DNA of 32,231 nt. Source: a virus. Taxonomy: Duplodnaviria; Caudoviricetes. The notes beneath the pieces are model-generated. The model saw only the letters and a list, made by a program, of their open reading frames with translations, had not been told where the DNA came from and searched no databases. Positions 6,210 through 14,600 of the stretch are shown here, piece by piece; the stretch's first letter is position 1; each line of letters starts with the position of its first letter. Position numbers and translations under genes: made by a program. The DNA lies in IMG/VR virus record IMGVR_UViG_3300006879_000013, positions 1 through 32,231 of that record; one strand, given 5' to 3'.

Positions 6210-7741
6210 GGCGTCGGGCTCCGCGGGCCCTTCACGTGCGCCGCATCGTTGCCGGCGAGCCAAGTGATGTTGTCCTCGCCGCGGATGGCGTAGCCGGCTG
6301 GGCCGCCGTCGCCAAACGCCTTACCGCCGGGCTCACCGGGCTCACCGGGCTCGCCAAAGGCTCCACCATCGCCTGCTTTTTGGTCGCCCCTGCCCGGCGT
6401 CATTCGCATGGCGGGGCTCCCGAATCGGGGATCGTAGTAGCCGGCCCCAAAGCCGCCGGAGTCAAATTCAAAATCGCTGTAGCCGCCGCCACCACCACCT
6501 CCGCCTGCCAGCAGCCCGGTCAGGTCCAGCTTCAGCGGGGAGCGGGCAACCAGCGCCGTGCCGCCGGGAGTGCCCGGATCGGCCTGGGAACCATTGCCTA
6601 ACCCTCCCACCCCCGCCACCCCGGCCAGCAGTCCCGGAATAACCAGCGTCACGTCCGAGTCGGCAGGGTAAACGCCGGTGTCGAAAGCGGGCTCACCGAT
6701 GCTGCCGACAGGTACGCGGATATCACAGGAGATGTACAACTCCTCGGGAATCGTAATCACGCCGGCGACCCGCGATACCCCATCCCACCCCTGCGCAAGT
6801 AGCCAATCGGTCAGGACGAAATTGAACAGGTTCTCGGTCAGCGTCAGCTCGAACCCGAAGCCTGCGGGCCAGACAATCCGCCGCACCCCGCCCTGCACCA
6901 CACTGATCTTCGACAGCGCAATGCGCGGCTCGGAGTTGACCAGTACGCTGAGGCTGTGCAGCACCGGCGAGACAGTCGGGTCGTCCGTCGTCAGCGTCTG
7001 CCGCAGCAGGGCGGTGCCGAGCGCTTGGCCGGCAGTGAGGCCGGGTAGAGGCTGGCCGTTGGTGCAGGCGAGCCACGTGGCGCCGTCGTCGTGGCTGATC
7101 TCGACCGTGATCGCGGTACCGGCGGGCGCGTCGGCCTGCCATGTGAGCGTGCTGTCGGCGTAGCGGCCGGCAGAGCTGAGATTGAGCGCGGCGGTGCGGG
7201 TGCCGGTGGTGTGGAGCTGGCGGACGGAGATGTTGTCGTAGTATACGGTGGAGCTGTCGCGACTGTAGAAAGCCGGCGCCTGGGCGGGGTCGCTGGCCTG
7301 CCACATCTCCGCATGAGAGCCGGCGCCGGCCAGCGCGCTAGCCGGTCCTCCGAGCGTGATTATTAGCTGCCCATACCCAGACACGACTCGGTAATCACAG
7401 GCCGCGCGATACCACGCGCCAACGCTCAGCGACAGCGAGTAATCAGGGACGACGCTCGGGCCGTTCGGATTGCTGCCGTCGTCCACGATCTCCAGCTCGC
7501 CGCCGACGACGCGGGCCGTGCCACGATCCGGCGCCCTGAGCCGCCAGCCCGCCATCCCCGCGCTGAAATCACCATTCTCGATCAGCTCATGCCCCGACCC
7601 CAGCCGCAGCCCGCCATCCACCACCTCCACGCCATCGAGCGTGCCGGCGGCGAGGTCGGCGGGGTGGCGCAGCCCAACGCGCTGCACAGATGCCTTGCTG
7701 ATCTCCGTCCGCGCGCCACCTTGCGATACCGACAGCTTCAT
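6206..7741 (-). CDS. Tail fibre / receptor-binding adhesin (511 aa): CBM-like domain, beta-sandwich and glycine-rich C-terminal domain
   Basis: Start MKLSVSQGG at 7741 (GGAGGT RBS, ATGA overlap). LIENGDFS.G..GW...YYDNISV is a CBM-like signature. The C-terminal AGGGGGGGG and GG.AG.AI.G...ITW motifs resemble T-even gp38-type adhesins. Confidence 0.75.
   Translation of the reverse strand: MKLSVSQGGARTEISKASVQRVGLRHPADLAAGTLDGVEVVDGGLRLGSGHELIENGDFSAGMAGWRLRAPDRGTARVVGGELEIVDDGSNPNGPSVVPDYSLSLSVGAWYRAACDYRVVSGYGQLIITLGGPASALAGAGSHAEMWQASDPAQAPAFYSRDSSTVYYDNISVRQLHTTGTRTAALNLSSAGRYADSTLTWQADAPAGTAITVEISHDDGATWLACTNGQPLPGLTAGQALGTALLRQTLTTDDPTVSPVLHSLSVLVNSEPRIALSKISVVQGGVRRIVWPAGFGFELTLTENLFNFVLTDWLLAQGWDGVSRVAGVITIPEELYISCDIRVPVGSIGEPAFDTGVYPADSDVTLVIPGLLAGVAGVGGLGNGSQADPGTPGGTALVARSPLKLDLTGLLAGGGGGGGGYSDFEFDSGGFGAGYYDPRFGSPAMRMTPGRGDQKAGDGGAFGEPGEPGEPGGKAFGDGGPAGYAIRGEDNITWLAGNDAAHVKGPRSPTP
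6327..6355 (-). repeat. 9-bp tandem repeat x3 encoding collagen-like GEPGEPGEPG
   Basis: + strand CCGGGCTCA CCGGGCTCA CCGGGCTCG. Confidence 0.8.
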
Positions 7742-8631
7742 GGCCCCACCTCCGGGTCGAGGTAGATCACCAGCTCGTCGGTGTTCTCCAACAGGAACCG
7801 GGCGTGGTAGTAGGCGCTGGCGGCGGCGGCAGCTGCTTGCTTTGCCTCGGCCTTGGCATCCTGTGCGTGTTTCTTCGCACTGTACTCCCCACCCGCAACC
7901 GGGCCATCCGTTTTGCTCGCCCAGTCCTTCGCCGAGCCGTCCGGTGTGTCGCCGACCGCGTGCATTTTGGCGCTGTAGCCGCCATCCTCGACCGGGCCGC
8001 TGGTCTTCTGCGCCCACTGCCTCGCCGAGCCGTCCGGCACCGCCTCACCGATGGCGTGCTCCCGAGCACTGTACTGGCCCGAATCCACGCCACTATCGGT
8101 ATCCACTACCGTCGCCCCCAGCTGCGTCGCCCAGCGGCCGGCCGTGGTGCGGTGCTTGCCGGCGGTGTCGGCGCTGTTCGCCGCCGCCGCTTCGGATTCT
8201 TTGACACCCTCTATTAAGGTGTCCGGATGCTCGGTGCTGGAGGCGCGCACCTTGACCGCGCGGTTCAGCTCCTCTTGCTGCTGCTGCAGGGTCATCACGA
8301 CCCGGTCGAGCGAGGTCTCCACCACCTCCGGCGAGTAGCCGCCCTGGTTGCGCAGGTCGGTCGGCTGCGTGAGCCGCATGTCGCGCAGCAGGGTCAGGTG
8401 GTAGCCGGCCGGCAACGGGCCGGCGGTCAGCACGATCTCGCCGCCGCCGCTCGTGCCGACCCCGCGCACCGTGTAGTCGACGTCGACCGTCAGCGTGGTT
8501 TCGGCGCCGAAGCTGTCGGCCACCAGCACCCGCAGGTCCTGCTTGCGCAGGACCGGGAACGTGTACTGGAAGGTGTCGGCAGCTCCAGTGCCCTCGTAGT
8601 CGTTACGTCGGTTCTCGCTGGATACCGTCAT
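7738..8631 (-). CDS. Proximal tail fibre protein with a podovirus attachment domain and SAxxW/HA repeats (297 aa)
   Basis: N-terminus MTVSS...Y.G.G....F.Y.F.V....DL.V...TQPTDLRNQG.Y.PEVVE.SLDR.VM.LQQ is the virion-anchoring domain. ~31-aa repeats contain SAREHA, SARQWA, SAKMHA, SAKDWA and SAKKHA. Confidence 0.8.
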   Translation of the reverse strand: MTVSSENRRNDYEGTGAADTFQYTFPVLRKQDLRVLVADSFGAETTLTVDVDYTVRGVGTSGGGEIVLTAGPLPAGYHLTLLRDMRLTQPTDLRNQGGYSPEVVETSLDRVVMTLQQQQEELNRAVKVRASSTEHPDTLIEGVKESEAAAANSADTAGKHRTTAGRWATQLGATVVDTDSGVDSGQYSAREHAIGEAVPDGSARQWAQKTSGPVEDGGYSAKMHAVGDTPDGSAKDWASKTDGPVAGGEYSAKKHAQDAKAEAKQAAAAAASAYYHARFLLENTDELVIYLDPEVGP

Positions 8632-8649
8632 GGCAGCCCTCGTGTCTCG

Positions 8650-11600
8650 CTATTGTTCGTCGCGCGACCGCCGGTACAGCAGGCCGTGGACGATATCGCC
8701 CGGCCCCTCCGGCTCGGTCTCGCCGCTGGTCAGGTCCCACAGGTAGTCGAGCGTGATGCGCACCTGCCCGGTCGGCAGCCGCAGCAGGTAGCCGCTGGAC
8801 TCCAGCAGGTCGAAGACCTGCTCGTCGCTCAGGTCGTCCTCGTACACCGCCTCGCCGGCCTGGATAGTGGTGCGGGTAATGCGGTTGATGGCGTCCAGCA
8901 CCGGGCTGAAGCGGGCATCGCGCAGCGAGCCGTCCAGCGCGTACGCCTCCAGGCCGTGGGCGATGTCGCGCAGAATCGGCACCGGGGTAGCGAGGCTGGC
9001 CACCGAGGTCACCGCCAGCCACTTGGCCCAGCAATCGGTATCGCCCGGCTCGCACTCCGGCCCGCGCGCCGCCAGCAGCTCGGAGATGACCGCCGGCAAC
9101 ATGGTGATCAGCGCAGCGCTGATGACCAGCTCCGGCGCGTAGCGCGCACCGCGCTGGCCGACCAGGTCGCCGGCCGAGCGCAACCGGCCGTACTGCGCCG
9201 CGAACGGGGTCAGGAACATGGTCAGCATCCGCATCACCCCGCGCCGCCGCTGCAGGGCGTTGAGGTCCTTGGCACCGCCGGCGCCCTGGGTGCGGCGCAC
9301 GGCGGCATCGCCGGCATGGATCGCCTGCGCCTCGGTCGCGCCCTGCGCCAGGGCGCCACGGTAGGCGGCCAGCCAGGCCGGAATGCTGACCAGCTTCTCG
9401 GTCATGACGATGCCGAAAAAGGCACCGCGCTCGATCTTGCGCCGCAGAATGCCGACCTTGCCGGACTTGATGCGGCGCAGCTCGTCGCGGATGTCGCGGT
9501 CGATGGTCTGGAAGCGGTGGCGCATCTCGCCGGAGCGCGCCACCACGAACTGATGGGCGGCCAGCGGGTTGCGCGCCACGCGGTTGATGGCGTCGAGGTA
9601 GTAGCGGCTGCCGTAGTGGCTGCGGATGTATTCGATCACGTTCGGCGCACCGGCGAACTGCGCCAGCATGGTGGTCGCCTTGTAGCCGAGCGCCACCAGC
9701 GTCACCCGCGAGCGGGCGCCTTCGATGGCGCGGTCGTAGCCGGTCAGGCTGTCGCCGGCGCTGGCCACGCGGTCGTTGGCGATGCCCTTGAGCCAGGGCA
9801 TGAACAGCCGCTCGTAGCGGTCGCCCAAGTGGTCCTGCAGGGCGGCGCGGATCTGCGGTTGCTGCAGCAGCCAGTTGGCGTCGATCAGGAACTCGCGGTG
9901 GGTGAGATCCTTGATGACGCCGGCCAGGTGCTTCTGCAGCACGTGATTGAGGTCGAGCAGCAGCGGCGCGGCAAAGCGGGTCCGGCCCTTGCGGTGGCTG
10001 CTCGGGCTGGTGGCCCGCGCATAGCCTTCTTCCACCAGCCCGGCCAGCGGCCCGCTCTCCTGCTGCAGGCCCTGCGTCGAGTGGCGCGGGTCGTACACCA
10101 GCGGGTAGTAACCGCCGGCCAGCTCCACTGTCTCGCCGCTGCGCAGGGTAATGGTGACCGGCCGCCGCTCGACCTTGTCCAGCGGCACCCCGGCCACCCG
10201 CTGCTGCAACTCGTTGAGCGGCTGCCACAGCGTGTCGACGGCGTCCCACGCCTGCTGCACGAACTCCAGGTCGGCCGCATCGAGCCGGCCGATCAGCGCC
10301 AGCACCTCGGCCTCGCGGCCCTGCCAGCCGAAGCCGCGCAGCATCTTGTCCCAGTTCGATTCGTTGCCGATGTTGAGCGCCAGGCTGATCACCGCGAACC
10401 GCGAGAACGGCTGCTCCGGCCGCAGGCTCGACTGGAAGGTGTCGGTCATGCGCACGCTGTCGCGCGTGAGCAAGCCGTCGATCAGCTGGCCGACCCGTTC
10501 GCCGACCTGGGCATGCATATCCAGCTCGGCGGTCTGCGCCGCGCTGGCCAGGTTGAACAGGTAATCGTGCCAGGGGCCGGTAGCACCGCCGTCCAGCCAC
10601 TCGACCAGCGTCTCGACCGGGATCATGTCGGCGTCGAACTCGCCGAGGCGGTCGGCAGCACGATCCAGCCAGCCTTTGAGAATATCCTCCTTGGGCGGCT
10701 TGCGTCGCTTGCGGGCCTCGGCCGCTTGGCTCACCAGCTCGGCCACCACCTGCTCGCGCTCGACCAGCTTCTCGCCGGCGCGCAGTTGGCGGGAGCGGCG
10801 GGCCAGTGTCTCGATTGAGCGGGCGGCGTCGTAGATGCCAGTCAGCTCGTCCAGGGTCAGCTCGCGGTAGTTGCGGCGGCTGGCCTCGTTGAACAGCGCC
10901 GGGTCGATGGCCGGCTCGAAGCCGGCGGCCAGCTGCTCCTGGTACCAGGCCAGCAGACTCGCCCGCTCGTCCAGATCCTTGAGCGGCACGCTGGCGAACT
11001 CGAAGCGCTCCAGCAGGGCGTCCAGCTGCTCCAGGTAGGCGATCCCGCCCTTGCCGATGCGCTCGCGCGCGACCGGCCTGGCCAGACCCTTGAGGTGCTT
11101 GACCATCTTGTCGCGGCGCTCTTGCGCCCGCACCGCCGCCAGGTACAGCTCGGTGTTGACCAGCTCGCGCCGCTTGGCGATCGCCGCCGCCTGCCAGTCG
11201 CCACGCCCCACCGCCGTCAGCGCCTCGCGCCCCGAGCGGCGGGCGGCCTGCAGGTAGCGGTGCGGCTGGAGCTCGCGCAGCCGGATCTGGCCGATACGGC
11301 CGTCGGCCATCTGCCGCACCACCGCCAAGGAGGGCAGCGCCTCGCGGATCTGCGCCACCCCCTCGCGCCGCGCCTGGGTCTGCTGCTGGCGCTCGGCCCG
11401 CACGAATGGGCTCACCTCGCGCTGCTTGCGCCTGAGCGCGCGCAGCTCGGCCAGCACGATCCGGCTGCGCTGGTCGCCGTGCACCGCCTCGCGGGCGGCG
11501 TCGGCAATGGTGCCGTCAAAACGCAGGTCGCCGTGCTCCTGGACCACGCGGGCGTCGGTCTCGGCCTCCAGCACGGCCCGCTTCGGCTGCAGGCTGGCCA

Positions 11601-14600
11601 GGGCATCCAGCAGGGCGTCGCCGCTGGCAAAGCCCAGCCGCTCGGCGGCCAGGTCCGGATGGATACCGCCCTCGCGGGCGTACAGGTAGGCGCTGCGGTG
11701 CTCCTGGTTGCGCGGCCCCGGCAACTGCCGCAGGAAGCTCTCGCCGTGGCTGGCGACGATGGCCGCCTTGTCCAGCTTGAACGGCTCCAGCCCGCCCGGC
11801 AGCGCGTCGCCACCCGGCTCCTTGCCGGTGGCCAACCACGCCAGCGCCCGGTACTCCGGCTGGGCATTGAGCTCCTGCTCGACCTGGTCGCGGATGGCGG
11901 CGCGGGCCTCCTTCCACCACTGCGCGCGCTCGCGCTGGTACTGCGCCATCAGTCGCTGCTGCAGCGTCTGGCGCGCCTGCTGGCTCGCTTCCGCCACCGT
12001 CTTGCGGTAGGTGGCAAACTCGGCCTCGGACATGCCGGCCGCCTCGGCGTCGGTGAACAAGGCCGCCACTTCGCCCTCGGCCTCGGCGGCGGCGATCTCC
12101 TGCTCGGTGGCCAGCAGCCGGTCCATCACCGCCCGCACTTCCGGGGTCAGATTGACCCGCAGCTCGGCGAGCGACTGGTACAGCGCCACCAGCCAAGCGC
12201 GGAAGCGAGCGAAGGCGGCGCGCAGCTCACTCGACGGCGCGATGGCGAACTCGGCCGTGTCCTCGCCGCGGAGGTAAGCCTCAAAGCCACGCGCCCAATA
12301 CTCGTGCATCTCGGTGACGATGCGGCTCTCCAGCGGACCCTGCGGCGCGCGCCAGCGCGCGGCGACCTGCCGGATCAACTCGGCCCCGCCGGCGGCCTCG
12401 ACTTCGGCGCGCAGCTCGGGCGTCATCAGGCTGTGGATATGCCCGGCCTGCTGCTGCCACCACGCCTGCACGGTGGCCATGTCCTGCTGCACCGTCTCGG
12501 CGATACCGGGGATTTGCGCGTCTTCGGCCAGCTCCTCCAGAAACAGATGGCCGGACTCGTGCAGAAAGGTGGAGAGGTTGGCGTCCTGCAGCAGCCGGAT
12601 GGTGGTGGCGTCGGCGCCGAAGGTGATCGAGCCGCGGGCAACGCGGCGCTGGCGCTGGTCCAGGGCGCCGTCCGACTGGAACAATACCCGCTCCTGGTCG
12701 GCCCGCGCTGCCTCGCCGATCACCCGCGCCCGATCGGCGTCGTCCCCAGCCTTGTAGGTGTGGGTGCGGCTGGGCTCGATGTTCTGCGCCAGCGCCGCCC
12801 GCGCCTTCGGGCTCAGGTTGTCCGGCACCACGGCCGCGCGGAACTCAGCCAGCGCCACGTCGCGTAGGATCTTGGCTTCGAAATACTCGGTCGGCAGCTG
12901 ACGCAGCTTCGCCAGGAACTCGGCGACCTGGCGCTGGACAGCCTCCGGCACGCCCTCCATCCCGTGCTGGGGCAGCGCCGCCGGCACACCCATGGAGGCG
13001 CTGTCTTCCAGCACACCGATCACGGCGTCGGCAAAACCGAACGATTCGCCGCGGTCGCTGTAGGCGGCCAGCGCCTCGCGAATGGCGTCGAACTCGGCGT
13101 CGATCTCGGCCTTGACTGTCTCGAACTGCTCGCGGCTGACCAGCCGGCCCTTCTCGGCGCGGATCTGCTTGAGGCTCTTAAAGCGCGGCGTAAAGTGCGC
13201 GCGCAGGCTGCCGACCCCGTAGTTGAACGACTCGCCGCCGCGCAGCTCCTTCTTGAGAATGTTGACCACGTTCTGCAGCGTGTGCGTTTTGTATCGCCGG
13301 TTGCCGGCGTGGGTGAAGCCCATAAAGAGCTTTTCCTTGGCGTCCAGCGACTGCATCAGGCTATGCACATGCTCCTCGAATGCCGCCCCCAGGTCGGCCG
13401 CGGCCAGCTGCGCCTCCAGCGCCTGCTTGGTGGCCCAGGGATCGAGCGACGGCGGCTCACCGATCTGCTGCAGCTCGCCGAGGATGTCGTTGACCGCGCT
13501 GCGCCGGGCCACCTCGCCGGCCCGCCCCTCGGCCTGCAGTGCCGCCACCCACTTGGCTACCTCGGTATCGGCCTCCCAGCCGGGCAGGCTCTGCAGGTCC
13601 GCCAGGTACGAGGCCACTGCCCGCTCGACAAAAGCCGGGTCGTCCAGCGACACCTGCCGCCCCTCGGGACCGAACCAACGCTCCAGGCCGGCCTCGCGCT
13701 CCGACGGAACCCGCGGCGGTCGGTGCGCTAGATCGGGCGCAATGCCGTTGCGCTGCAGGAAGTCGGCCAGCACCGCGCGGCTGTTTGCCAGCAGATCGAG
13801 GCCCTTGTCCTCGATCTGGTCCTCGGTCAGCGAGTTGTCTTCGGTCAGCGCGATGGCGTCGGCCAGCTGCTCGCGCAGCGCGCGGAGCTTGGCGCCGCTC
13901 ACCTCGTACACCACGCCGGGGTAGCGCGGGCTGTAGATGTCGGCGCCGAACACCTGGGTGCGAGCGTAGCCGCTGGGGTCGGCCATCTCGACCGGACCGA
14001 GCAGCGTGATCTCGCCGAAATTGACAAGCGGCTGGTCGACCGTGGTGATGGCCAATGACGGTACCGCCAGCCCGCCCATGCGGTCGGCGTGCAACAGGTT
14101 GCCGGCAGTCAGGTTGTGCTGGGCGATCAGGTCGCGGGTGGTGCCGTCATTGGCCGGCCGGCTCGCCATCTCCTGGCCGTTGAAGACGACGATGGCCTCG
14201 GGCGGCGGGATGTCCTGGGTACCCTCCGGCGCCAGGCCGCGGCGCTCGCCCTCGGTCAGCGTCTGCCGGGCCTGCACGTTGCGGGCCTCGATCTCGCCGG
14301 CCAGTCGCCGATAGGCCTGGAACGCGCCTTCCGGGTCGGTCTCCTGGGTCGCCTCGATGGCCTCGCTGCGGGCATCAGCGATCTGCGCCCCCAGCTCGGC
14401 CAGCGCGGCCGCCAGGTCGTCGGGGCCGAGGTCTTGTGGCGGGCTCTCGGCCAGCTCGGTGAGCATGCGCTGCAGCGACTGCATGCGCTCCAGGGCGCTG
14501 TCGCGGACCTGGCTTGCCGCCCGCTGGATGCGATCGGGGCTGCCGCCGATGGCAAAGCCCTCAACGGTCTGGATAGCGTGCTGGATCTCGTGCAGCAGCA

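Noticed and set aside
5880-8631. Diversity-generating retroelement, expected by analogy with BPP-1
   Set aside because: No reverse transcriptase, no avd-like gene and no template/variable repeat pair differing at adenines is visible in this window.
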